64,000 bases of DNA. Source: Patescibacteria group bacterium. Lineage in GTDB: Bacteria > Patescibacteriota > JAHJAL01. A program made the translations under genes and the position numbers. Of this stretch, positions 54,991-64,000 are shown one piece after another. How positions within the stretch are numbered: position 1 is the first letter of the stretch; the number at the start of each line of letters is the position of its first letter. The notes under the pieces were generated by a model. It was not told the DNA's origin, did not search any database, and saw only the letters and a list, made by a program, of their open reading frames with translations. Location of the stretch: the NCBI GenBank assembly GCA_049322675.1, contig JBMORM010000009.1:222132-286131 (forward strand), given 5' to 3'.

Positions 54991-55173
54991 ATGAGCGAGA
55001 AAAATAACGTTTTTGGACCAACATTTTGGCAACGCGGGGTCAATCTTTTGTCGATCGTGGTTTTGTTGACCATATCGGCCGTGATAATCTGGTTTTTATT
55101 GAATCTGGCTACCGGAAACATTTATTTAAATAATGCCGGAAGGGACCAACAGAGAGTAGAAAGTCTTCGATAG
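54991..55173 (+). CDS. Small single-pass membrane protein (60 aa)
   Basis: ATG start, one ~22-aa hydrophobic stretch (LLSIVVLLTISAVIIWFLLNLA), and it fills the gap between the terminator and the convergent glycosyltransferase. Confidence 0.55.
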   Translation: MSEKNNVFGPTFWQRGVNLLSIVVLLTISAVIIWFLLNLATGNIYLNNAGRDQQRVESLR

Positions 55174-55185
55174 TTTTTGATTTTT

Positions 55186-58100
55186 TTATTGTTTTCTCCC
55201 CTGGTGCCTCTCCCACTTACCCCATTTTTTTTCGTAGGTATTTTTGTTTTTATTCCATAGTCTTTGATATTCTACGGATTGAATTTTGCCAAAGGAGGCG
55301 CCGCCGACATGGTGAATAAAAACATCATCGCAGCACATTACTTTTAGGCCAATTTGTCTCATTTTGTTGGCCAGATCATCGTCTTCAAACCAGCCACGCT
55401 CGTATTCTTCGCTAATGAGACCCACTTTTTCCAGGTTGGTTTTTTTGGCCATTGTACAAAACAGGGCGGTTACTTTTATGTCAAATACTTCTCCCGAATG
55501 TTGCCGACAATAATCGTCGGCAAAAATCTGCATTTGATTGAGATCCTGATAATCCACCGCGATTCTGGCCTCATTGCCGATATTGTTGGTCACCGGTCCC
55601 AACAAACCAAGTTTTGGTTCCCGTTGAAAATGCGACAATAATCCATACAACCAATTGTTGGTTACCACGGTGTCGTTGTTTAAAAAAACGATATATTCGC
55701 CATGGGCAATCTTGATTCCTTGGTTGTTGCCGATGGCAAACCCCTTATTGTCTATATTTAAAATAAGCTTTAGGTTGGAGTGCTTTTGGCTTAATGCTTG
55801 GAGATACTGCGGCGTGCCATCTTGGGAATTGTTGTCCACGACTATTATTTCCAGATTCGGATAGCGAGAGTAACGGAAAATACTGTCCAGACAGACTTTG
55901 GTAAGTTCTAGGTTGTTGAAAGTTACGACGATGATTGACACTTTGGGAAAAAGGTCAGTTATTTTTTGAGACAAAACTTCGACCCGTTGATCCCAGGAAT
56001 TGTTTTTGGCGATTTCGATTCTTTTTTGCGCGATCATTTCATTTTTTTCTGATAAAGCCTGTTTAATATTAGCGATAAATTCCGCGGGAGTATTGGAAAA
56101 ATAACAAATGTCCTGATACTCTTTCAATTCGGGCAGAGCCACCGTCACGACCGGTTTGCCGCTGCACATATATTCATAAAATTTAACCGGATTGGTGGCC
56201 AAGGTCAAATTATTGATTAAAAAGGGGATCAGACAGACATCGAAATGATATAGATATTTGGGCAGTTGATCATATTTTATTTCGCCGAGCAAATGAACGT
56301 TCTTGAGATTGGCAAGCGGCGACAAATTGGCGCCGCGGGTATTGCCAATCAAGACGAAGTTGTAATCGGGGTATGCCCGAGCGCAAGCAGCAACCAATTG
56401 GCTATCAAACCAGGAAGAAATAGCGCCATAATAGCCAATGATCGGGTGTTTAAGTTTGATTAATTGATTGGGTGATAATTTATGGAAATGATCAAAACCG
56501 GCGGCGTTTTTTGAGAGAACAACATTTTTGTTTAACAGTTTGGCTTTGGCAAACAAGGAATCGGAACTGGTCAGTACCAGGTCTGAAGTGGTGAGCAGTT
56601 TTTTTTCATCAGCCAGGACGGACGGCGAATCAGTGAAACCCGCATGTTCATCCATGCAATCATAGATAATTTTATTGTTTTCCAATTTTTCAACCAAAGA
56701 AATCCAAAAGGGCTGGTCGATTTTGCTAATCGTAGAATTGATGTAATATTTCTTTTTGACCAAATTGATGGAGCGTAAAAGGAGATTGATATCATCCGGA
56801 TCAGTTAAGGAAGAATTGTATATATCCAAATCGCGGGTGGCGGCCAAGGTTACCAGAAATATTCGATCGGATATTGGTTTGACCTGAATTTTTGATAGCA
56901 GCTCGACATCGCTCTCATCCGGCTGCGCGAGATTGTTGGTGGTACGAAAATAAAAGATACGAAAACCCATATCGGCCAAACGACAGGCGATTTGTTGGGG
57001 ACGTTGGAAACGATGTTCCCAGTCAATAATAGGGAAAACAAAAATGTCGCCAAGATGATCAGAAAATAACCCATTTTGATAATCATCGGTCTGGGGCAGA
57101 GTGCGCCCAAAGTCAATTTGAAATGGATTGGGGTCGGTTTTTAGATTGAGAAAATATTTGTAATACCAGGGGCGCAAGAGATTTTTGATCGAATCGGGCA
57201 GATGCGGGGCGACGGTTTGAATATTTTTTTTGGTACGGACGAGCAAGTTGTTTTTTTGGGATTTGACAAAGTCCAGTGATTGACGCAAAGGCTTGGTAGA
57301 ACGCCAAAAAAAGGCGTTTTCCAATAACTGTATTTTTTCTTTTAATTCTTGGTTTTGTATCTTCAGACAATCATTTTCGGCTTGGACAGTTTTGGAAGCA
57401 ATACTATTGATCAAATTTTTTCTGGGAGAAGGCGGGATATTTTCCAACAAGTTTAGATAAGATTGCCGATAGTGCTGATAATCTTTAATAACATTGCCTT
57501 GCAAGATTTGTTTTTGAAAATAAAATTCCGCTTGGATATATTTTTCAATCGAATCGAGCGGGATGGATAACGCCTCGAGGGCATCGGAAAAACTGGTATT
57601 TTGAGGGGTGAGATAGTCGTGGTTTTGGAAATAGAAAGAGGAAAGTGCGCGGAAAAAAATATAGTTGATGGGAATAGGAAACTCAAATGTCCACTCATAG
57701 TCGGACAGATAAAAAGTTTGGTTGGACCGGTCAAAGAAAAAATTATCAAAGTTTAGATCGAGACAGCCATAAGCCAGACATGGTTCTGTTTGGGGCCAGT
57801 CGGAACCAAAGAGACGAATGTAACTGTCAGAAGGTTTGACGTCGTAGATGAGATGCCCAGAGAATAATTTTTTGTACCTTTTTAGCAAAGACAAAAAATC
57901 CTCTTGGTGATGACTTTTCCAGGCGAGCTGTAATAGAGAAAATAAGCTCGGGTGTGGGTTGTAGGCGAATTTTATTCCTGAAGGAGTGAGGATAGGTGGC
58001 AAAATTTCGTAGGGTAAATTGTTTTTCTTTAAATACTCATATTTACCAACTAAGCCGGAAACAAATTTTTTGGCGGCCAAGGTAGCGGCTTGTTTGCAAA

Positions 58101-58188
58101 CAAAAAGTTGTCCGTTTTCTTTGACTACCGACGTTTCAAGCTGATATTGTTTTTTTCGCAAAGGATTATAACGAACGTATATTTTCAT
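55186..58188 (-). CDS. Multidomain glycosyltransferase: kinase-like N-domain, coiled coil, GT-B (GT4-like) and GT2 domains
   Basis: DLNFDN...DYEW kinase-like motifs; FQRPQQIA, YDCMD, IGYYGAI, NPVKFYEY (GT-B); VSIIVVTFN...VVDNNS.DGT...FLNNDT...FEDDD (GT2). Confidence 0.88.
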   Translation of the reverse strand: MKIYVRYNPLRKKQYQLETSVVKENGQLFVCKQAATLAAKKFVSGLVGKYEYLKKNNLPYEILPPILTPSGIKFAYNPHPSLFSLLQLAWKSHHQEDFLSLLKRYKKLFSGHLIYDVKPSDSYIRLFGSDWPQTEPCLAYGCLDLNFDNFFFDRSNQTFYLSDYEWTFEFPIPINYIFFRALSSFYFQNHDYLTPQNTSFSDALEALSIPLDSIEKYIQAEFYFQKQILQGNVIKDYQHYRQSYLNLLENIPPSPRKNLINSIASKTVQAENDCLKIQNQELKEKIQLLENAFFWRSTKPLRQSLDFVKSQKNNLLVRTKKNIQTVAPHLPDSIKNLLRPWYYKYFLNLKTDPNPFQIDFGRTLPQTDDYQNGLFSDHLGDIFVFPIIDWEHRFQRPQQIACRLADMGFRIFYFRTTNNLAQPDESDVELLSKIQVKPISDRIFLVTLAATRDLDIYNSSLTDPDDINLLLRSINLVKKKYYINSTISKIDQPFWISLVEKLENNKIIYDCMDEHAGFTDSPSVLADEKKLLTTSDLVLTSSDSLFAKAKLLNKNVVLSKNAAGFDHFHKLSPNQLIKLKHPIIGYYGAISSWFDSQLVAACARAYPDYNFVLIGNTRGANLSPLANLKNVHLLGEIKYDQLPKYLYHFDVCLIPFLINNLTLATNPVKFYEYMCSGKPVVTVALPELKEYQDICYFSNTPAEFIANIKQALSEKNEMIAQKRIEIAKNNSWDQRVEVLSQKITDLFPKVSIIVVTFNNLELTKVCLDSIFRYSRYPNLEIIVVDNNSQDGTPQYLQALSQKHSNLKLILNIDNKGFAIGNNQGIKIAHGEYIVFLNNDTVVTNNWLYGLLSHFQREPKLGLLGPVTNNIGNEARIAVDYQDLNQMQIFADDYCRQHSGEVFDIKVTALFCTMAKKTNLEKVGLISEEYERGWFEDDDLANKMRQIGLKVMCCDDVFIHHVGGASFGKIQSVEYQRLWNKNKNTYEKKWGKWERHQGRKQ

Positions 58189-59075
58189 ATTTGGGCAAAG
58201 ATTAAGTAGGAGTTGGCAAAAAAAGGAAATTGAGCGTTGTCGATAAGATTGTGTTGAACAGTTTTTTCATTGAATAATACTTCTCTGGTTCGGGCAAAAT
58301 CTGGGGTGGGATAGAGATTAGATTTTGGCAAATGATTGGCAGAAGGCAAATATTGATCAGAAAATATTTCTTCCGGCAATTTGTAATCCGGCAAGGGATA
58401 ATAATATTCCAAATGAGAAAAACCGGCTTGGGTAAACAAATTATTTAATTCCATTTTTGAAAAAGTAATAATATCCTTTTGATAAGGATATCCTTCGATT
58501 GATTCAAAAAAATGACCGGTGTGATCTTCTGCACAACCTGACCAGTATTTTAAACCAAATTTATTTTCAATCGCCAAAATAAAGGTTCCGCCAGGATTTA
58601 GATGTTTTTTGGCGGCGAGTAAAAAATCCAGATAAGAATTTTGGGAATCGATATATTTGCCGGAATATTCCAAGACGCCGATAGCGGTGATGTAATCGTA
58701 GGTGTCGGGAAGTTTTGACGAAATAAAGTTGTCGGAAATGATTGAAAGATTGGATTCGTTTGGAAAACGATTTTTAATAATCTCCGCCCGTCTTGAACTA
58801 AGCTCAACGGCGGTAACTGCCAATTTTTTGTCCAAAAATAATCCGGTTAGGGCACCACAGCCCGCTCCGATCTCCAATAATTTTTTTCCCGGGGTAAAAT
58901 CATACCAAGATAGAAGATGATGACGAACGGGAGAAAGGTGGTAGCGCAGGGCCCAGACGGGATTGTGTTCGATAATTTCTTGAATTTTGTTCGACTGATT
59001 TGGTTGCTTAAACAACGAGAGCAATTCATCTTCGACTGGACCGTCGGAATAGATTTGGGTTTTCTTATTGGTCAT
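58185..59075 (-). CDS. Class I SAM-dependent methyltransferase (glycan-locus type)
   Basis: LLEIGAGCGALT, YDYITAIGVLEY, AIENKFGLKYWSGCAEDH, YYPLPDYKLP; ATGA overlap with the downstream gene. Confidence 0.9.
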   Translation of the reverse strand: MTNKKTQIYSDGPVEDELLSLFKQPNQSNKIQEIIEHNPVWALRYHLSPVRHHLLSWYDFTPGKKLLEIGAGCGALTGLFLDKKLAVTAVELSSRRAEIIKNRFPNESNLSIISDNFISSKLPDTYDYITAIGVLEYSGKYIDSQNSYLDFLLAAKKHLNPGGTFILAIENKFGLKYWSGCAEDHTGHFFESIEGYPYQKDIITFSKMELNNLFTQAGFSHLEYYYPLPDYKLPEEIFSDQYLPSANHLPKSNLYPTPDFARTREVLFNEKTVQHNLIDNAQFPFFANSYLIFAQI

Positions 59076-59126
59076 TGAGACAAAATATTTTTATAATACA
59101 GGGGGGTAAATATTTTTTATTAATTT

Positions 59127-59975
59127 ATGAAAGAAACAATATTATCGATTGTTGTCGTTATTTACAATATGAGAAGAGAGATCGAAAGAACTCTGCACTC
59201 ATTAAGTATAGAATACCAGCGCGGGATAGACAAAAATGACTATGAGGTACTGGTGATTGACAATGGGTCGCGGCAAAGGTTGGAGGCGGATTTTTTTTCC
59301 GGATTCAAGGCGAATATCAAGTATCACTACCTGGAAAATGCCAACAGTTCGCCGGCGGCAGCGATGAATTTTGGTGCAAAGAAGGCGGAGGGTCAATATT
59401 TGGGATTGATGATCGACGGGGCCAGGTTGCTTACTCCGGGGATTTTGGCAAAAGCAAAAAATATTTTGTTGGCAAATGAGATGGCGACGGTCACAGTTTT
59501 GGGTTGGCATCTCGGTCCGAAGTTACAAAAAGATTCGGTACTGGATGGTTACAATCAGACAATCGAAGATGAGTTATTGAAAAAAATTGATTGGCCGAAC
59601 GATGGTTACAAATTATTTGATATCGCGACCAGGGCCGGTTCAAATATGGACGGGTGGCAGGGACAAATTGCTGAGAGTAATTGTTTTTTTGTAAGCAAGA
59701 AAAGATATGATGAGTTGGGCGGGCTGAACGAAAAATTTGTCACCGCCGGCGGGGGAATCGTGAATTTGGATTTTTACAAACGGGCGGTAGAGAGTCCGGA
59801 TGGAAAAAATTTTGGCTTGATAGACGAAGGGACTTTTCACCAGATACACAGCCAGGCGATTTCGAGCAATGCTTCGATACAAAAAAATAATCCTTTTCGG
59901 GATTATTTGGTTGAATACAAAAAAATCTATGGCTACGATTATGTTGTGCCAACGGTCAAATACGAATATCATTGA
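59127..59975 (+). CDS. Glycosyltransferase family 2 protein
   Basis: LSIVVVIYN...YEVLVIDNGS...AAMNFG...IDGA...GGLNEKF...N.DF...FHQ.H. Confidence 0.85.
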   Translation: MKETILSIVVVIYNMRREIERTLHSLSIEYQRGIDKNDYEVLVIDNGSRQRLEADFFSGFKANIKYHYLENANSSPAAAMNFGAKKAEGQYLGLMIDGARLLTPGILAKAKNILLANEMATVTVLGWHLGPKLQKDSVLDGYNQTIEDELLKKIDWPNDGYKLFDIATRAGSNMDGWQGQIAESNCFFVSKKRYDELGGLNEKFVTAGGGIVNLDFYKRAVESPDGKNFGLIDEGTFHQIHSQAISSNASIQKNNPFRDYLVEYKKIYGYDYVVPTVKYEYH

Positions 59976-59982
59976 TAATCGG

Positions 59983-60849
59983 TTAATCGATCTTGCGACC
60001 AAGCAAACGATAATATTTGTCCCGCATCTTCCAAAATTTGGATGATTTCATAGTGGCGATTTCTTTTTGTAATTGCCTGATTTGGACTTTGATTTTTTGG
60101 TCGTTGGCGGCGCTTTCTTTCACGATTTTTTGAATAGTATCTTGATATTGATTGACAAGTTTATGACGGCTTTCGATTTGATGTTTCTCTTTTAAAGAGT
60201 AATTTTTATAATAATCTTCCAGGTCGAGAGCGATAAAATCGGCGAGAGGACTTTTTTGACCCAAAAAGACCACTCCCAAGCCGTGGGAGTGGGAAAATTG
60301 GTAGGTTGAATATTTCTTTTGAAGTATTTTCCAAAGTTTGTAAACACCGAAATCTGATCTTTTTTCCACGATGTCATGGAATAAAATTATTCCGTTGGCG
60401 GACATTTTGGGAAGCCAGGTTTGATAGTCATGGGCAACGGCTTCGTAGGTATGATAACCGTCGATATGCAACAAATCAATGCCGGAGTCGGCAAATTTGG
60501 GGACGACCTTGTCAAATGTTTGTTTCAAGAGAGAAGTATTCAACTTGGGATAATAGGTTGAGTTGATATTTTTTACTTGGGAAAATATTTTTTGATCATA
60601 TTGGCCGGTATGTTTATCACCTTGCCAGGTGTCAATGCCGTAGATTTTGGTTTTTAGTTTTAAATCTTTGATCGCTTGGCAAAAAGAAAAAAAGGAAATT
60701 CCCCGGGCAACACCAAGTTCGACAATCACTTTGGGCTTGATATTGGCGACCAGATCATAGGCAAAATATATATGTCCCAACCAAGGATATGATGGTTGGT
60801 TGAGAATTTGTTGATATTCGAAGATAGGATGATATAGTCGCCAATTCAT
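59983..60849 (-). CDS. Class I SAM-dependent methyltransferase (Methyltransf_24-like) with C-terminal coiled coil
   Basis: VIVELGVARGIS, GIDTWQGD, IDLLHIDGYHTYEAV, GIILFHD, HGLGV; helical tail ending SSKFWKMRD. Confidence 0.9.
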   Translation of the reverse strand: MNWRLYHPIFEYQQILNQPSYPWLGHIYFAYDLVANIKPKVIVELGVARGISFFSFCQAIKDLKLKTKIYGIDTWQGDKHTGQYDQKIFSQVKNINSTYYPKLNTSLLKQTFDKVVPKFADSGIDLLHIDGYHTYEAVAHDYQTWLPKMSANGIILFHDIVEKRSDFGVYKLWKILQKKYSTYQFSHSHGLGVVFLGQKSPLADFIALDLEDYYKNYSLKEKHQIESRHKLVNQYQDTIQKIVKESAANDQKIKVQIRQLQKEIATMKSSKFWKMRDKYYRLLGRKID

Positions 60850-60859
60850 AAGAAAATAT

Positions 60860-61447
60860 TTATAAGGATAGGATTTTTTTAGCTAAATAATTTTTTAATT
60901 TTTTCTTAATTTTTTCCGGGAGATTATAATCAGGTTTTTGCATAACGATCAGGCTATCTTTCCAGGTGTTATCCGGATCATTATTCCAGTCGGTGGCAGC
61001 CGATAATACTTTGAAATCGGAATATTTGGCGATGGCGGTTAGGCCGTCGGAGAAAAAGCGATAACAATCAACCGGATAGCGGTGAGCCGGGCCGGATGAT
61101 GGGGCGATTAGACAACATAATCCATGGTTTTTCAAGACTCGATGAATTTCCATGATGGTAATCCAAAAATATTCGATATGCTCCAGAGCTTGACCGGAAA
61201 TTATGACATCGTATGAATTGGAGGGAATCTCTTGCCAGTTGTAAATATCGGCTACCACCAAATCGACATTTTTGCCGGCGGTAACGTCCAAACCGGTGTA
61301 TTGCCATTTTGGTTGATCGAACAATTGTTTGTAAGATCCATTTACATCCTGACTGCCGACATCCAAAATCCGAAGGGACTGATCGATTTTATCCGACAGA
61401 AATTTATCGACAAAGGATTTCATTTTTTGCAAAGAAGAAGAGTGCAT
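60860..61447 (-). CDS. Class I SAM-dependent methyltransferase
   Basis: ILDVGSQDVNGSY, YTGLD...NVD, DVIISGQALEH, HRYPVDCYRF. Confidence 0.9.
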   Translation of the reverse strand: MHSSSLQKMKSFVDKFLSDKIDQSLRILDVGSQDVNGSYKQLFDQPKWQYTGLDVTAGKNVDLVVADIYNWQEIPSNSYDVIISGQALEHIEYFWITIMEIHRVLKNHGLCCLIAPSSGPAHRYPVDCYRFFSDGLTAIAKYSDFKVLSAATDWNNDPDNTWKDSLIVMQKPDYNLPEKIKKKLKNYLAKKILSL

Positions 61448-61456
61448 GTTGAGAGA

Positions 61457-62632
61457 TTAATAAATTTTTATTTCATGCGAAAAATCGACCAAACCATGGG
61501 AATCAAAGGCAGAGTTTTTGATATGAAAGAGAGCGCAGTTGTCCTGAAGCAGAAAAAAATTGCTTTTGGTTTGATCGCAGATAGACAGGGAAATAGAGAA
61601 GGTACCGGAAGCCAGGGTTTGGTTGATGATAAATTCAACCGATATTTTTCCCGGCTTGATCCGGCCGGTGTCGATTTTTTGCAAGGCGGTATTGGTAACA
61701 AAAATATTGTGATTATCACTATCGCGCACAAAGAGACCAAAGATCGGTTTTTCCAGCGGGGAGGCAACGTCAAAATCACAGCTGATTTTGATCGGTTTGC
61801 CCGACTCAAAAACCGGTTGAGAGTTGTTTTTATCATCTCGTATTTCAACCCGCAGCAGTTTCAACTCGGCCGAGGTGACCAAAATATTATCGCGTTTGAT
61901 AGAACGAACCTCTACTTCTTGCCGATAACGCGAGAGCACATTACCCACTGAGTCATCATGTTTGAGAGTCCCCTGCTCCAACCAAAGACATCGGTCGCAG
62001 ATTTTTTCAATATTGGACAAGCTGTGACTGACGAATAAGACCGTTTTTTTCTTGGACTTGAATTCATAAAATTTTTTGAAACATTTTTTTTGAAAATCAA
62101 GATCCCCTACCGCCAAGACTTCATCAAGAAGAAGAATGTCAAAATCGGCTTGGATGGCAATAGAAAAAGCCAGGCGGACAAACATGCCTGAAGAGAAATT
62201 TTTGATTTTTGTGTCCAAAAATTTTTCCAATTCAGCGAAGCCGATGATTTCGGGTAATTTTTTGGCAATCTGTTTTTGGTGAAGACCAAGCAGGGTGCCA
62301 TAAAGAAAAATGTTTTCGTAAGCGGTCAATTGGGGTTGAAAGCCGACACCCAGTTCAAGAAAGGGACTGAGACGACCGGCGGTCTTGATCGAGCCGGAAG
62401 TAGGAGCATAGATGCTGGCCAAGATTTTCAACAAAGTGCTTTTGCCACTACCATTGCGGCCGATAATGCCGACAAATTCACCGGCTTCGACGGAAAAACT
62501 AATATCATCCAATACGGTCAACAATTCTTGATTGCTTTTAAAACTAGCTAGTAGACTTTGTTTCAATGTACTGTGCCGCTCGTGATTGATGACAAATTGC
62601 TTAAATAAATTTTTGACTTCAATGATGGGCAT
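61457..62632 (-). CDS. wzt: Polysaccharide ABC exporter ATP-binding protein with C-terminal carbohydrate-binding (Wzt_C-like) domain
   Basis: Walker A GRNGSGKST, LELGVGF, signature FSSGM, Walker B LLLDE, H-loop VSH; ~150-aa beta-rich C-terminal extension. Confidence 0.92.
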   Translation of the reverse strand: MPIIEVKNLFKQFVINHERHSTLKQSLLASFKSNQELLTVLDDISFSVEAGEFVGIIGRNGSGKSTLLKILASIYAPTSGSIKTAGRLSPFLELGVGFQPQLTAYENIFLYGTLLGLHQKQIAKKLPEIIGFAELEKFLDTKIKNFSSGMFVRLAFSIAIQADFDILLLDEVLAVGDLDFQKKCFKKFYEFKSKKKTVLFVSHSLSNIEKICDRCLWLEQGTLKHDDSVGNVLSRYRQEVEVRSIKRDNILVTSAELKLLRVEIRDDKNNSQPVFESGKPIKISCDFDVASPLEKPIFGLFVRDSDNHNIFVTNTALQKIDTGRIKPGKISVEFIINQTLASGTFSISLSICDQTKSNFFLLQDNCALFHIKNSAFDSHGLVDFSHEIKIY

Positions 62633-62651
62633 GGGGGAAGTTGTGTTAAAT

Positions 62652-63251
62652 TTAAGAGTAAAATAACTGCTTTAGAGCGACGATTTGCGGGGACAATTCA
62701 AGAAAGTATTCTTCGGCGGTTTGGTCGTGAAAATATTTACCGGTGGTTTTACTGATATAAAGGTGACGCATAGGTAGGTGAATATCGATTGGTCCATGCG
62801 GCTGGCTAGTGAGAGTGTACTCTCTTTTGTTTTCAATTTGATCGATTTGGCCATCTGGCTGAAGGAGCGTCCAGTAATCAATATAATAAAAATCTTTTTG
62901 GCCGCCATATTTGTTGGCGAGGTCGATATAGAATTTTTCCATCAAAGCAGCAATTTGTTCTGGGGTTAAATCTTTTTCATTTTTTTCTCCCAAAGCGACG
63001 CGGCGGACATGAGTCGGATCAAAATCTTCGCCGGAGAAAAAGACGGCAGTGTCTTGGCTGAGTACTGGATATGGATATTGGTCAACATATGGAAGAATTT
63101 TTTTCTGGGAATTTTCTCGGCCATCACGACCATTTTCTTCTACTTCGATATAATCCGGGACAAATTGGATTGGTAAATTGGGATCAAGGCGGGAAAACAA
63201 TTTTTGCAAGCGAGTTAGTTTTCCTTGGTTGGATGAAGCGAAGTAGAGCAT
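62652..63251 (-). CDS. Divergent Ham1/ITPase-like (non-canonical purine NTP pyrophosphatase fold) protein
   Basis: LYFASSNQGK, EVEENG...EN...K and VLSQDT resemble Ham1 motifs; the C-terminal SHR motif is absent. Confidence 0.65.
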   Translation of the reverse strand: MLYFASSNQGKLTRLQKLFSRLDPNLPIQFVPDYIEVEENGRDGRENSQKKILPYVDQYPYPVLSQDTAVFFSGEDFDPTHVRRVALGEKNEKDLTPEQIAALMEKFYIDLANKYGGQKDFYYIDYWTLLQPDGQIDQIENKREYTLTSQPHGPIDIHLPMRHLYISKTTGKYFHDQTAEEYFLELSPQIVALKQLFYS

Positions 63252-63257
63252 ATTAAC

Positions 63258-63343
63258 AATTTATAATTTTCAATTTTTAATTTTCAAATGGAAAAAGCAG
63301 TAAATTTAATATTTTTTTTAAATTTGCTTAGAAATTGGAAATT
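63258..63343. repeat. Second heptamer-based imperfect inverted repeat, same family as 4638-4747
   Basis: AATTTAT AATTTTC AATTTTT AATTTTC (63258-63285) and AGAAATT GGAAATT (63330-63343). Confidence 0.75.
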
Positions 63344-63346
63344 CTT

Positions 63347-64000
63347 TCAGATCTGTTCGGCGAATTTTTTTTGTTGGGTTTGGAAGAGAAAGAGGCCAGT
63401 GACGAAGATTAGCAAGACTAGGGCAAACTGCGGCCAGGGGTAATACCAGTTTGGTTGATGGGAGAAATCCAGAAAGACGGCGCGGAAATCGGTGATGATC
63501 TGAGCGAGGGGATTTAGCATAACCAAGTTTAGATATTGCGCCGGAATGAGGCTGAGAGCATAGATGATCGGAGTCAGATAAAATAAAATTTGCAAAAATA
63601 ACTCCCAGATATAGTTGAAGTCACGCCAATAAACAAACAGAACAGACAAAATCAAAGCGGAGCCGAAGCTCAATAGCCACAATTCAAGGATATAGAAGAC
63701 AATCAAAAACGTTTTGGCTTGAAAAACATCAACTTGAAAATAGGACATGAGCAGGATTAAAACAAGGAGGTTGAAAAATAAGTTGATCAAAGCGTTCAAG
63801 GAAGTAACAATGACGACAATGATACGCGGAAAATAGATTTTTTTGATCAAATGGCTTTTGCTGACTACCGCTTGCATACCGTTGGTAGTGGTTTCAGCAA
63901 AAAAACTCCAAAGCATGATGCCGATCAGGAGATAATTGGCAAAATTTTCGATATTACCGCCGAGTTTGAGCATTTTGCCGAAAACGATGTAGAGCACCAG
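63347..64000 (-). CDS. wzm: Polysaccharide ABC exporter permease (5' truncated)
   Basis: Multiple TM helices; LIKKIYFPR, RDFNYIW...LFYLTPIIY and LNPL...II.DFR ABC-2 motifs; open to the window edge; upstream of wzt. Confidence 0.9.
   Translation of the reverse strand: MVLYIVFGKMLKLGGNIENFANYLLIGIMLWSFFAETTTNGMQAVVSKSHLIKKIYFPRIIVVIVTSLNALINLFFNLLVLILLMSYFQVDVFQAKTFLIVFYILELWLLSFGSALILSVLFVYWRDFNYIWELFLQILFYLTPIIYALSLIPAQYLNLVMLNPLAQIITDFRAVFLDFSHQPNWYYPWPQFALVLLIFVTGLFLFQTQQKKFAEQI

Noticed and set aside
61232-61951. 239-aa + strand ORF
   Set aside because: Antisense to wzt and a methyltransferase; no motifs.
1-64000. Complete DGR (template repeat plus reverse transcriptase)
   Set aside because: No RT motifs and no adenine-variant second copy of 26440-26570 were seen; only a candidate target domain is present.
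1-64000. Alternative genetic code (TGA=Gly, Gracilibacteria type)
   Set aside because: TGA ends genes exactly after conserved C-termini (4633, 32696, 52021), and multi-kb ORFs have no internal TGA.

Overview
AT-rich bacterial window in standard code (TGA is used as stop). The giant Cys-rich secreted proteins, heptamer-repeat intergenic hairpins and near-absence of Shine-Dalgarno motifs suggest CPR/Patescibacteria; this is inference. About 52 kb (1-52021) holds five co-oriented giant surface-protein genes (>1543, 3304, ~2303, 3624 and ~6440 aa). The four complete ones share one plan: signal/anchor peptide, a ~250-300 aa N-terminal domain ending in YPxxIDP(S/T), a variable passenger region, and a conserved two-domain C-terminal module ending G-x-Y...T-x-x-Y. 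The truncated first gene ends in a divergent version of the last domain. None has a C-terminal TM or LPXTG anchor. The passengers are built Russian-doll style: about 24 LamG domains, a 5-bladed propeller, a discoidin and a DUF1566/CLec domain with DGR-like codon bias sit in loops of conserved scaffold domains. LamG borders are conserved while LamG interiors are hypervariable, and there are 27 copies of a 4-Cys Ig-like repeat. A perfect 28-bp GTAG-type REP palindrome is translated in frame in one gene. Downstream lie gpmI, an orphan tandem receiver-like protein, a small membrane protein and an ABC-transporter (Wzm/Wzt) glycan locus with methyltransferases, a kinase-like/coiled-coil/GT-B/GT2 protein, and a Ham1-like gene between wzm and wzt. 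No rRNA, tRNA, CRISPR array, transposase or reverse transcriptase was seen. All domain calls are by-eye motif recognition, not database hits.
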